The translations under genes were made by a program, and so were the position numbers. A stretch of DNA of 64,000 nucleotides from the human T2T-CHM13v2.0 reference genome, Homo sapiens. The notes under the pieces were generated by a model that saw only the letters and a program-made list of their open reading frames with translations, was not told the origin of the DNA and made no database searches. The stretch lies in NCBI RefSeq assembly GCF_009914755.1, contig NC_060948.1. The stretch is one strand, 5' to 3'. Below, in pieces: positions 11,501 through 25,100 of the stretch (positions are counted from its first letter, which is position 1; each line of letters starts with the position of its first letter).

Positions 11501-14500
11501 AGTGGAATGGATCAATGCTGGGTGGCATGTAGCCTCCACACTTTCCTCTTCTTTTCTTGACTTCCATGTTCCTCATTGGCCTAGAGTTTCCTGGATCTTG
11601 CTCAAAGATTTCCACACTAAATATTTCCCAGTTCTTGGAGAATGACTCTCATCTGTATCCATTTCATGAGTGTTTCCTTTTAAACACTGTTGCAATTAAA
11701 TGACTGGGCAAATTTGATTATTTTTAAACTGTAAATTCCTGTTACAGCCAAAAACAAGGAACCTCTAGTTCCCCCACTTCTATCAGAGGGCTGCATGATT
11801 TCCACAAGATTAGAAGGATATAGCCACGTTGGCATTTTGCCTGGTAATCTAGCCTGTTTTATTTCATCTTCACTTCACGGCATTCTCATTGTGGATGGGC
11901 TCTTTTCATTGGGCTGTTTCTGGATGGGACTGCCTCTTGCCACATATTATTTAGCTCCCAGGTATTTCAGAGAGCAAAAGGGACTTCGGGTACGCTGGCT
12001 GTTCAGCAAGGTGTGGGTTGTTGTCTCATAGTGGAGGCTGAGGTTGTTTGCACCTTGCAGGAGGCTTTCGGGTCTTCTGAAAGGAATCATTGAACATTGC
12101 TTTGACTCCAGCACAAGGCAGCTCTTTACCTCAGATGAGCCTTGATTTTTCCTTGCTTTCATGGGGAATCGATACTGCCCCTCAACAACAGTACTGGACA
12201 CCCTTTTGAGTCCTGCCATTGACACAGGTTACCTCTGAGACACTGTCTCAATCTCATCTGCACCTCTGAGAGGCCAGTTCAAGGTGTGAGAACATTGGTC
12301 TACCTTGGACTTGCCTTTGTCATGGTTCCTGTCTTTCCCAGGAAGTCTCTTGGGGGTCCAGGATGAAGGGAGGCAGTGAGTTGAAGGGCACAGCCATCTT
12401 TCACTGACATCAAACTCCGGTTCTCAGATATGGTTTTATCACCCAAAGAACCCTTGAAAACACAACAGATTATATTCCAATCCCCATGGGACCTGATTCT
12501 TGCACACAATCTCTTTCAGGAATGGAGTCCGAAGAGAAGTTTTCAGATACCAGCCCACAGTCTCAAAACACCTTCTCCTTCAGTGGGACCTGACCAGAGA
12601 GATGACTTATAGGGGTCATGAGGTCAAGATATTTATGATCTCACAGTGGGTTTTCGCAGGAAGACTTTTTTCTGATACTAGCATGGCTCTGACTGTACCA
12701 GTATTCTCTGCTTAGGCAGTCTGACAGCTCTGACAACCAGGCACCACAACCTGCCTCACAAACATGTATACACAAATCTCAGGGCAACAGGCCTTATTGA
12801 GAGCTTCGGTGACTGTCACAATAAATGTCACCACTGCCTAGTGACAAGTCTCTAAGGCTTTTCAGAGGAGTCTTCCATGGAAATTCATAGGCTGTGGACT
12901 CTCTCCTGTCTTCTCTGTCGGATCCACAGGACAGTCCCATGATTCTAGGAAAGGGCAGATGTGAGCCAGGCTGAAGAAACATCAAGCAGAGCCCCAAAAA
13001 TAAACCTTGAAATCCATAAGGATCATAAAGAATCTGCAAGATTCCTCAGGTCTGCTTAGACGTAGGTGTAAGTCTTTTTGAAACTTGTCCCACTATGATT
13101 TGTAGGTACAGATTGCCTGTATTCCCTGGGGTTTCTGTCTCACAGGTGGGGCTTCCTCCAGAAACACGCAGCCTCAGGAGCTGCAGGCTCTGTGTTTCTG
13201 TGGGAGTTTTGAGAGTGCTGAATCTCTGGGTTTGCGTGTGGGGGGAGGTATTTTAAGTTTGTGTGTGTGTGTGTGTGTGTGTGGGTGTGTGTGTGTCTGT
13301 AAGTGAAATCTGCTTACAGGTATGTGGCTAACACACTTCAGTGCTTCTCTCTTTTTTTTTTTTTTGAGTCTTCAAATCTTTTGGTGGCCCATTTGTGTGG
13401 TTCTGCTTGGGTTGTGGGGCTCTGTGTTCTTCATTTTACTGTGGATCATGAATCCTCAATGAATCGGGAGGTGGGCTGAGACCCGCCTGCATCAAAATCA
13501 ACTCCCTGTGCCAAAAAAGCCACTGTTGCAGAAAGAAGAGGAGGACAGCCCACCAAATAACAGACATCGCCCAGTGTTTTGTTGTCCTGTGGCTAAGCCA
13601 AGGAGAGACACTGGAATTCCTGTCCACAGGGCCCATTGAATTTACCTCGAATTCTGTTCCCAGCCTAGCAGGTGCTTCGTGTAGTGAGGAGGTGATCCTC
13701 TGTCGTCTTGGCATTTCATCCTTGGATATAGAATGTGAGCAGCCATAAGGTCAGATAAGGGTGAGGATGCAATCTAGTAAGTGGTGGATGTGGTCCCCCA
13801 ACTACACATGCAAAAAAAAAAAAATGAAGGTAAATGACAAAGAAGGTGCTTCCTACTCCATTCCCGCTCTCTGTTAATTGTAGGAGCAGTCAAAACCATG
13901 GCCCAGGGTTCAGGTTGGAGTACCCCAATGAGCAAGGAAAATTTGGACAGCAAATTGGGGCCATCCTGGCAAGCTCTTGATTTGAGGGCTTTCATACCCA
14001 GAGCCAAACGATAGTACAATAAATTGATGCTGGGTGGGATCTGGCCTCCACACTTGACTGTTCTTTTCCTGACTTCCATGTTCCTCATCGTGCTCCACCT
14101 TGGACTTGCCTTTGTCGTGGTTCCTTTCCTCCTCAAAGAACCCATGTGATATCCAGGATGTAGCCAGGCAGTGCAGTCAAGAGTTTTGCCTTCTTTCACT
14201 GACAGTGGCCTGGTATCTCAGGTATGATTCTATCACCCAAAGAATCCTGAAAAACACACTGTGATGGAACCTGATGTTTGCACACACCTTCTTTTGAGAA
14301 TAAAGTCAGAAGTGCAATTTCCAGAGACCATCACACAATGTCAAGATGCCTCCTCTTCCAGTGGGACCTGACCACAGAGATGGCCCAAAAGGTCCCCAAG
14401 GTCAAGATTTTTAGAGTCTTGGAGTAAGTTTTCACAGGAAGGCTTTATTCCAACACCAGGAGGGATGTTCCTGTACTGATTTCCTGTGCTTAGACATGCT

Positions 14501-15057
14501 GACAGCTCTGAGATTCAGGAGCCCTTGCCTGCCTCATGAATGTGCATGCAGTAGCCTCAGGGTACCAGGCCTTATTGTGATCTCTGGCTAGTGTCACCAT
14601 GAATGTTGTCATTGCCTAGCAACAACAAGTCCCTGTGGCTTGGTGGAAAAGGAGACCTCCATGGAAGTGTGTAGGCAATGGAATCCAGCGTTTTCTATGT
14701 TGGATTCATGAGATAGTCTTCTGATCCCAGGAGAGGGCAGACCTGACTCAGCCTGAAGAAACATCAAGCAAAGCCATAGGAATAAACAGTGATGTTCCAA
14801 AAAATCTAAGAGGATCTCCAGGATTTCTTAAAACTCTATATATGTTGTAGGGATGAGTCTTTTTGATACTTGCCCCACTGGGATTTCTAGATAAAACCTG
14901 CCTGTGTTCCGGTAGGTTGCTCCCTCCCAGGTGGGGCTTCTTGCATAACCACACATTTTCAGGAGCTGCTGAGCTGTGTACTTCTAAGGGAAAGTTGAGA
15001 TTGTTTGATGTCTGAGTGTTTGTCATTCTGTTTTAGTTATTTTTATGTTTATTTTTA

Positions 15058-15088
<31 letters not shown>

Positions 15089-18000
15089 GTGTCCCTGTAA
15101 GTGGATTCTGCATAAAATATTGAGGTTAATACAGTTTAGCGTTTCTTGTTTTTTTTTTTTTTTTTTTGAGTCTCCCAACATTTGGTGGCCTGTCCATGTG
15201 TGGCTCTGCTTGGGCTGTGGGACTCTGTTTTCTTTATTTTTCTGTGTATCGTGAATCCACAGCAAATTGGGAGGTGTGCCAGGAACTGCAAAGTTCTGAA
15301 TCACCTCTGCTTACAAAAAAAAAAAGAAAAGATAATCTTTTAGAAAGAAGAGAAGCACACCACACTAAAACAAACAAACAAACAAACAAACAAACAAAAA
15401 CCTTTCTTAGGATTTTATTGTCATATGACCAACCCAGGGAGAGACACTACTAGTCCTGTCCACAGGGCCACTTGAATTCACCTAAATTTTCCCCAGATGA
15501 GTAGGTGCTTCAAGTCATGAGGAAGGCCTCTTCCATCATATTGGGACTTTATCTTGGGACATAAAATGTGAACAGCAACAAGATCAGATAGAGGTGAGGA
15601 TACAATCTGGTGAGAAATAGATGGGGTCCCTCAACTTCACCTGCAACGAAAATGAAGAGAGATGAGTCAGGAGGTGCTTCCAACATCTTCCATGCATTCC
15701 CTTAATTGCACAAGAAGTTCACACCATGGCCCAGTGTGCAGGTGGGAGTACTCCAACCTAGAAGAAGTATTTAGAGTGCAAATTGGGGTCATCCTGGCAA
15801 ACTCCCAATTTGAGGGCTTTCATACCCAGAGCCAAATGGGTGTGGAATGAACTGATGCTGTGTGGAATGTGGCCTTCATACTTGCCTCTTTTCCTCACTT
15901 CCATGTTCCTCGTTGGCCTAAGATTTTCTGAGTCTGGCTCAACGACTTCCACTATAAGTGTATCCAAGTTCAGGAAAAACGACCCTCATGGGAATCCATT
16001 GTGTGAGTGTTTTCTTCTAAACACTCGTGTTTTAATGACTGGGCATCTTTGATACTTTTATAACCATAAATTCCCTTTACAGCCCCCAAGAAAAAAACTC
16101 TCAGTCTCCCGCTTCTATGTAAGGGCTGCATGATTTATGTAGGATAAGAAGCAGGAAGCCATGTCTGAATTTCACCTGGTAATCTAGCCTTTGTTTGGTT
16201 TAATCTGCACGACATTTCTCATTATGGAGAAGGTCTTTCATTGGGCTGTTTCTGGATGCAACTGCCTCTCTTTACAGAGCTTTTGGCTGCCAGGGATTTC
16301 AGTGAGCAAAAGGTCTTCAGGAAGACTTGCTTCACTCAAGGTTGTGGTTCATGCTCTCTTTGTGGAGGCTGAGGATTTTTGCTTTTTGCAGGAGATTTTT
16401 GGATCCCCTGACAGGAATTTTTAAATGTTGCTTGGACTCCAGCATTAGTCAGCTTGTTCTTTCAAGCTAGCCATATTTTTCCTTGCTATCACCTGGGGTC
16501 CACAGTGCCTCTCAACGGCACTACTGAACACCCTTTTCAGGCTTCCCATCTCCACAGATGGCCTCTGAGACCCTATCTCAACCCTACCTGCATCTGTGAG
16601 AAGTGAGTACGAGTTGTGAGAAATCTGCTCCTTGTAGGATTTGCCTTTGTCATGGTTTCTGCCTTTTCTAGAGAGCCCCTGTGAGGCCCAGGATGAAAAG
16701 AGGCAGTGACATCAAGGTCCCAGCCATCTTTGCTGACACCTGACTCTGGGGTCTCAGGTATGATTCCAGTATCCAAACACTTCTCAACAACTCACCAGAT
16801 GACATTCCTATCCCCGTGGAAGCAGATTTTTGCACATAGAGTCTTCTGGAAATGGAGTCAGAAAAGCAGTTTCCAGAGACCACCTCACAGTATCGAAACA
16901 CCTCTTCTTGCATGACCTGATGACAGAGGCAGCATGAAAATCCCCCGAGGTTGAGAGCTTTAGCATCCCACAAGGGGTTATCGCAGGCAGACTTTTTTTG
17001 GGACGCCAGGCCGGCTCTGCCTTACCATTTTCCTCTGCTTAGGCAGGCTGCCAGCTCTGAGAGACAGGTGCCTCAGCCTGTCTCCTGAATGAACCTGCAG
17101 TAGTCTCAAGGGACCAGGCCTGAGGTTGAACTCTGGTTAGCTTCACAATGAATGCCACCGTTGCCTAGAAAAAAGTTTCAGCGGCTGTTTGGAGAAGGAA
17201 ACCTCCAGGTAGGTGCGTAGGCAGTGGACTCTCACCTGTCTTCTCTGTGGGATCGAAGGAATTGTTCCACGATCCTAGGAAAGGGAAGACATGAGCCAGC
17301 CTGAAGAAACATTAAGCAGAGTCCCAGAAATAAACTGTGACATCCCTAAGTATCCAAAAGGATCTGCAGGATGCCTCAGGCTGGCCTAGACCTTGTAGGC
17401 ATGGGTCCTTTAGAAACTTGCCCCACTGTGATTTCTAGGTACAGCCCACCTGTGTTCTTCATGGTTGCTGTCTCCCAGGTGGGGTTTTCTGCACAACCAC
17501 ACAGTCTCAGAAGCTGCTGGGTTGTGTGTTTCTGTGGGAGTGTTGTGAATGTTGGATGTCTGTGTGTGAGTAGCTTTGTGTGTTTGTGTGTGTGTGTGTC
17601 TGTGTGTTTGTTCCTGTAAAGGGAGTCTGCTTACAGAAATGTGACCGATGCACTACAGTGCTTCTTTTTTGTTTGTGTCCCAACCTTTTGCTTGCCTGTC
17701 TGTGTGGCTCTTTTTGGGCTGAAGGGATCCATGTTATTTATATTTCTGTGGGTTATGAATCTGCAGTGCACTGGAAGGCTGGCTGATACCTCCTGGAATC
17801 CAAATCAATTCCCCCTAGAAAAAAAGCCACTCCCCTAGATAGAAGAGAGGCACACAAAACTTAAAAGAGACACCTCCTAGTGTTTCATTGTCCCATGGAA
17901 ACATGGGAAAAAAGCATTAGCAGTCCTGTCTGCAGGGCCCCTTAAATTTTCCTCAAATTTCGTTCCCAGTTGAGCTAGTGATTGACATCCTGAAATAGCA

Positions 18001-21000
18001 CTCTTCCATCATCTTGGGATTTGATTCTGGGATACAGTATGTGAGAGCAATGAGGTCAGATAGAGGAGAAAATACAAGCTGGTAATGGGTAGATGAGGTC
18101 TTGCACCTTTACCTGCAAAAGAGGTGAAGACAGATGACAAAAAAGTTGCTTCCAGCTGCATCCACGAATTCCCTTAATTGCACAAGCAGTTCGCACCATG
18201 GCCTAGTGTTCAGAATGGAGTACTCTAATGTGCAGGGAACATTTGGAGTGCAAATTGGTGCCATGCTTGAAAAGCCCGATTTAAGGGCTTTCATACTTGG
18301 AGGCAAATGGGAGTGAGATGGATAGATGTTGTTTAGGTTTTGGCCTTCACATTTGCCTCTTCTTTTCCTGACTTCCATGTTCCTCATTGGCCTAGGGTTT
18401 TCTGGGTCTGGCTCAACATCTTCCACATTAAAGCACTCCCAGTTCACAGAGGACGACCCTCATGGAAATCCATTGCATGAGTATTTCCTTCTAAACACTG
18501 TCATGTTTTAACGACTGGACATCTGTTATACTTTTAAAACAGTTAATTCATGTTACAGTCAAAAAAATGGAAACTCTTGTTCTCCCTCTTCTATCGGGGG
18601 GCTGCATAATTTCTGTAGAATGAGAAGCAGGCAGCCATGTTTGGCTTTCTGCCTGGCAATCTACGGTCTGTTTCATTACATCTGGATGTTTTTTCTTATT
18701 GTGTAGGGAGTCTTTCATTGGGCTGTTGCAGGATAGTATTGCCTGTCACCACTGATCTTTTGGTTGCCAGGGATTTCAGGGAGCAATAGGGACTTCAGGG
18801 ATTCTTGTAGTGTTCAGGCTGTGGGTCACTGTCTTGTTGTGGGTGCTTAGTTTGTTTGCTTTTGCCAGGAGGGTTTTCAGTACTCTAACAAGAATCTTTG
18901 AATGTGGCTTGGAATCCAGCACAAGTCAGGTCATTCTCTCAGGCAATTCTTGGTTTTTCTTTGCTTTCAATGGTGTTCCACAGTGCCCATCAACAGCACT
19001 ACTGGATACAATTTTCAGGCTTGCAATTACAACAGACAGCCTTTGAGACAATGTCTCAACCTCATCTGCACATGTCAGAGGCCAATTTGAGGGGAGAGAA
19101 CATTGCTTCACCTTGGAATTGCCTTTGTCGTGGTTCCTGCCTTTCCTATATAGCCCCTGCAAGGCCTAGGTTGAAGGGAGGCAGCAACATCAAGAGCCCA
19201 GCCATCTTTCCTGACACCTGCCTTTGGGGTCTCAGGTCTGGTTCCATCATCCAACGACCCCTCAACAGTTCACCAGACTATATTCCAGTCCCCATGGGAC
19301 ATGATTCTTTCATGCACCTTCTTTTGGGAATGGAGTCAGAATAGCAGTTTTCAGCTATTACCACACAGTCATGAAACACCTCCACCTCCAGTGGAACCTG
19401 ACCATACAGACAGCTCAAACTGACCCTAATATTGAGACTTTTAGGGACCTTCTTTGTTTTATCATAGGCAGTCTTTTCCTGATACCAGGCCAGCTCTGCC
19501 TCTACCATTTTCTTCTCCTCAGACAGGCTGACAGCTCTGACAGGCAGGCACCCCAGACTGTCTTAGTTATGTGCATGGACTTATCTTAGGGCACCAGGTC
19601 TGAGCTGTGAGCTAGTGTCAGAATGAATGCCACTGTTTACTAGCAACAAGTTCTTGCTACTTGGGGTGGAAAGAGACCACCACTGAAGTGCATCCATGGT
19701 GGACTCTCACCTGTCTTTTCTGTGGGATCCACTGGATATTCCCATGAGTCTAGGAGAGGGCAGATGTGAGCCAGCCTGAAAAAAGTCAATCTAATCCCAA
19801 TTAATGAACCACAAATCCCTAAGGATCCAAAAGACCCACAGGATGCCTCAGGCCTGCTTAGATGTTGTAGGGGTGAGTCCTTTACAAACTTGCCCCATTA
19901 TGATTTCTAGGCACAGCCCACCTGTGTTCCCCATGGTTGCTGTTTCCCAAATGGGGCTTCCTGTGGAACCACAAAGCCTCAGAAGCTGCTGCGCTGTGTT
20001 TCTGTGGGAGTGTTGTGAGTGTTGATTGTGTTTGTGTGTGGCTTTGTGTGTTTAAGAGTGTGTGTGTTTGTGTGTGTGTGTGTGTGTGCCTGTAAGTGGA
20101 GTCTCCTTAAAGGAATGTGGCTAATGAACTTCAGGGCTTCCTTTTATTTTATTTTTTTTTAATCTCCCAATATTTGTGTCCTGTCTGCGAGGCTCTTCTT
20201 GGGCTGTGGTGCTCCGTGTTCTTTATTTTTCTGTGGATCATGAATCCACAGTTAATTGGGAGGCTGGCTGAGAAACTGCCCCCTCCAAAATAAATAAATA
20301 AATAAATAAAAGCCACTCTTCAAGAAAGAAGAGCAGCAAACCACACCCCAAAACATTTCCCACTCTTTCATTGTCCTATGGCCAACCAAGAGAGAGACAG
20401 TAGCAGTCCTTTTTGCAGGGCCCTTGAATTTTCCTGGAGTCGGCTTCCAATCTGAGAAGGTGCTTGACATCCTGAGGTGGCACTCCTTCATTGTCTTGAG
20501 ATATCATTCTACATCAGAGAGTGTGAGCAGCAATAAAGTCAGATGGGGTGAAGATATTATCTGGTGAGGGGTGTATGGGGTCCCACATCTTCACCTGCAA
20601 AAAAGGTGAGGACAGATGACACAGAAGCTGCTTCCAAATGCAACCCCACATTCCCTCAATTGCACAAGCAGTCCACACCATGGCCAGTTGTTTAGGAGGG
20701 AGTACTGCAACGTGCAAGAAACGTTTGGAGTGCAAACTGGGGCCATTTTGGCAAACTGCTGATTTGAGGGCTTTTACACCCAGAGCCAGATGAGAATAGC
20801 ATGAATCAATGCTGGGTGGGATGTGGCTTCTACACTTGTCTCTTCTTTTCCTGACTTCCATGTTCCTTGTCAGCCTAGGGTTTCCTTTGTCTGGCTCCAC
20901 CTCTTTCAAACTAAACATTTTTCAGTTCACAGAGGACGACCCTCATGGCAATCCATTGCTTGAGTTTTTCTTTCTAAACAGTGTCCTGTTTTAATTACTG

Positions 21001-22044
21001 GGCAGCTGCGATAATTTTAAAACTATGAATTCCTGTTGCATCCACCAACAAAGAAACACTTCTCCTTCCACTTCTATTGGAGGGCTGCATGATTCCTGTT
21101 GGGTGAGAATCTGGCAGCCATTTCTGGCTTTTACCTCATAATCTAGGCTCTGTTTCATTACATTTGAGTGTCCTTTCTCATTGTGGAGGGCCTCTTCAAT
21201 TGGGCTGTTGCTGGATGGAACTGTTTCTCACCACAGATCTTCTGGCTGCCAGGGATTTCAGGGAGCAAAAAAGACTTCATGTGGGCTGTCTGCACTCCAG
21301 ATTGTCATAGTGTCATTTTGGTGGCTGAGAATGTTAGCACTTTGCAGGATGCTTTTGTGTCCTCAGACAAGAATATTTTAACGTTGCTTGGACTGCAGGA
21401 CAAGTCAGCTTGCTCTCTCAGGTGATCATTGATTTTTCTGTGTTTTCATTGAGGGTCCACAGTGCCCCTCAACATTACTACTGGACACACTTTTCAGGCT
21501 TACAACACCACAGATGCCCTCTAAGACACTGTCTCAACCTCATCTGCACCCGTGAGAGGCCTGTTTGAGATGTGAGATCACTGCTCCACATTGGAATTGC
21601 ATTTGTTATGGTTTCTGCCTTTCCCAGAGAGCCCATGCAAGGAGCAAGGTGGAGGCAGTGAGGTCAAGTGCCCGGCCAAGTTTTGCTGACACCTGTCTCT
21701 GGTGTCTCAGGTATGTTTCCGTCACCCAACGACCCTTCAACAACTCACCAGATTATATTCCAATCCCCATGGGGCCAGATTCTTGCACACAGACTCTTTC
21801 TGGAATGGAGTTAGAAGAGCGGTTTCCAGCAATCACTTCACAGTCCTGAAATGCCTCCTTCTCCACTGGACCCGACTGCAGGGACCGCTGGAAGGATCTG
21901 TGAGGTCGAGAATTTTAGAGTCCTGCTATAAGTTATTGCAAGCAACATTTTTCCTGGTGCCAGGCCGGCTATGCCTGTACCATTTTTCTTTGCTTAGGCA
22001 GGATGACAGCCCTGACAACCCGGCGCCCGAGCCTGCCTCACGAG

Positions 22045-22128
22045 TGCGCATGCGCTAGTCTTAAAGCACTAACTTTTAGCTGTGAGCTCTGGCTAGCAAC
22101 AATATGAATAGCACCGTTGCCTAGAGAC
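22045..22128. promoter_or_regulatory. Intact NRF1 site plus RFX X-box in a CpG-retaining monomer (candidate promoter)
   Basis: TGCGCATGCGC at 22045-22055 and GTTGCCTAGAGAC at 22116-22128. About 14 CpGs by eye in 21861-22180. Confidence 0.5.
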
Positions 22129-25100
22129 AAGTCCCTGCGACTTGGCAGAAAAGGACACTTCTGTGGAGTTGCGTTGTCGGTTGGCACTCACCTGTCTTCT
22201 TGGTTTGATTCACATGATATACCTAAAATCCTAGGAAATGGCCTAGGTGAGCCAGCTGGAAGAAACGTTAAACAGTGCACCAGGTATAAACTGTGAAACC
22301 CCTAAAGATCCAAATTATCTGCAGGCCTGCCTAGATGTTGTAGAGGTGAGTCTTTATGAATCTTGCCACACTGTGATTCCTAGGTACAGTAGCCTATGTC
22401 CCCTGAGCTTGCCCTCTCCCAGGTGGGAATTCCTGCAGAACAACTCAGCCTCAGAAGCTGCTGGGCTGTGTTTCTGTGAGAGTGTGGTGGGTGTTCAATG
22501 TCTGTGTGTGTAGTTTGGTGTGTGTGTATGTGTGTGTGTGCCTGTAAGTGCAGTCTACTTAAAGAAATGAGGCTAACCCTCTACAGAGCTTCTTTGTTTT
22601 TTAGTCATCCAACCTTTTGTTGGCCCATCTGTGTGGCTCTGCTTAGGCTCCCATGTTCCGTGTTCTTCCGTTTTCATGAATCTCAGTGAATCGAGGGGCT
22701 GGTTGAAACCCACCAGGTTCCAAATCAGCACCCCTTGTATAAAGAAGCCACTCTTATAGAAAGAAGAGGAGCACATGACACACACACAAAAACAGATATT
22801 TGTCAATGTTTTTGTCTTGCAGCCAAGCCAAGGAGAGGCACTTGCAGTCCTGTCCACAGGGACTCTTGAGTTTACCTGAAATTCAGTTTCCAGCTGAGCA
22901 GGTGCTTCAAGTCACGAGGGGGCACTCCTGCATCATTTTGGGATTTCATTCTACGGTAGAGAATGCAAGCAGCAATGAGTTCAGATAGGAGTAAGGATAC
23001 AATCTGATGAGGGGTGGATGCTGTCCCACCTTCACCTGCAAAAATCTGAAGATATATGACACAGAACGTGCTTCCAACTCCATCCCCACATTTCCTTAAT
23101 TGCACATGCAGTCAAATCATGCCCCGGGGTTTATGTGGGAGTATTACAATGTGCAGGGAATACTTGGAGTGCAAACTGGGGTTAACCTGGCAAACTTCTG
23201 TATGAGGGCTTTCAAACCCGGGGCTAAATGGGAGTGGGATGGATTGATGCTGGGTGAAATGTGGCCTTCACACTTGCCTTTTCCTTTCCTGTCTTTCATG
23301 TTGCTCATTGACCTAGCTTTCTCTGGGTCTGGCTCCATGTCTTCCATGCTAAACGTTTCCCAGTTCATGAAGGACTACCCTCATGGGAGTCCATTGCCTG
23401 AGTGTTTCCTCCTAAACACTGTCGCATTTCTTTCAATGACTGGGAACCTGTGATGTTTTAAAACTGTAAATTCTCATTAAAGCTGCCAACAAGGAAACTC
23501 TTATTCTCCCACATCTATCAGAAGGCTGCATGATTCCTGTAAGAAAACAACCAGGAAGCCATGTCAGGATTTTGCCTGGTACTCTAGGCCCTGTTTCATT
23601 TCATCTGCATGTCATTTCTCATTATGGAGGTGGTATTTCATTGGGCTGTTGCTAAATGGGACTGCCCCCTCCACAGATCTTTTGGCTGCCAGGTATTTCA
23701 GGGAGCAAAATAGATTATGGGTAGTCTGGCTGCACTCCAGGTTGTGGATCATCGTATTGATGTGATAGCTGAGGTTGTTTGAACTTTGTAGGTGGCTTTT
23801 GGGTTTGCTGAAAAGAATCTTTGAATGTTGCTATGATTCCAGCACAAATCAGCTCATTCTCTCAGGAAACTTTTGAGTTTTTGTTGCTTTCATGTGGGGT
23901 CTACAATTCCCCTCAACACATTACTGTACAGACTTTATACACTGGCAATGGCCACAGAGGGCCTCTTAATTGTGGGTCCCCATCCACCCCTCACCAGATA
24001 GGATGATCAGCCCTAACTGACTTTATTTCTCCTCACACTCGATGTCCCAGGATAAAATCCCATGACCATGGAGGGGTGCCACTTAAGGACATGAAGCACC
24101 TCCTTGGCTGGGACCAAATTTGAGGTAAAAATCAAGGAACTTGTGAACAAGTCTGATAGTGTCTCTCTTTGGGTTGGATAATGAAGCACTGGAAGATGTC
24201 TGTTTTTTGGTGTGGTGTGCTCCTCTTCTTTTAGAAGAGTGCTTTTTTTGAAGGGGAGGTGATTTGGATGTTGGCAGGTCTTGGCTTGCCTCCCAATTCA
24301 CTGTGGATTCATGATCCACAGAAAAATAAAGAACACAGAGCCCCACATCTCAAGCAGACCCACACAGGCCACAAAAGGGTTGTGAGATGAAAACAAAAAA
24401 AAAGAAGCACTGAAGTGTCGTAGCCACATTCTTTTAAGCAGACACCACTAAAAGACACACACACACAGAGACTCCCACATGCATACACACATACAGTGCC
24501 AAACATACACACAGAAATACAACACTCACAACACTCCCACTGAAATACACAGCTCAGTAGCTCCATAGGCTGTGTGTTTCTGCTGGAAGCTCCACTTGGG
24601 AGAGGAACCTTGGGGAATACAGATGGGTTGTACCTAGAAATCACAGTGGAGCAAGATTCAAAAGACTCAGCCCTACAATGTCTTGACAGGCCTGTGGAAT
24701 TCTTCAGATCTTTTTGAATCCTTGGGAATTTCGCGGTTTATTCCTGGGGCTCTGCTTGACTTTTCTTCAGGCTGGCTCATGTCTGCTCACTTTTAAATTC
24801 ATGGGAATATCTAGTGGATCCCACAGAAAAGAGAGGTGACAGTCCATGGCCAATGCTCATCCATGGAGGTCTCCTTCTTTGCCAAGCCACAGGGAATTGC
24901 CACAAGTCAACGGTGACATTCACCATGACAGCACTGTGCTATCAGTGCTGTCAGCCTGCCTAAGCAGAAAAAGAATCATACAGGCAGAGTCAGCCTGGTA
25001 TTGGAAAGCAGGCTACCTGAGAATACCCACTGCGAGACCCTACAAATCTTGACCTCAGGGCCGCTTCCAGCCATCTTCGTGGTCGGACAGCATTGATGAA

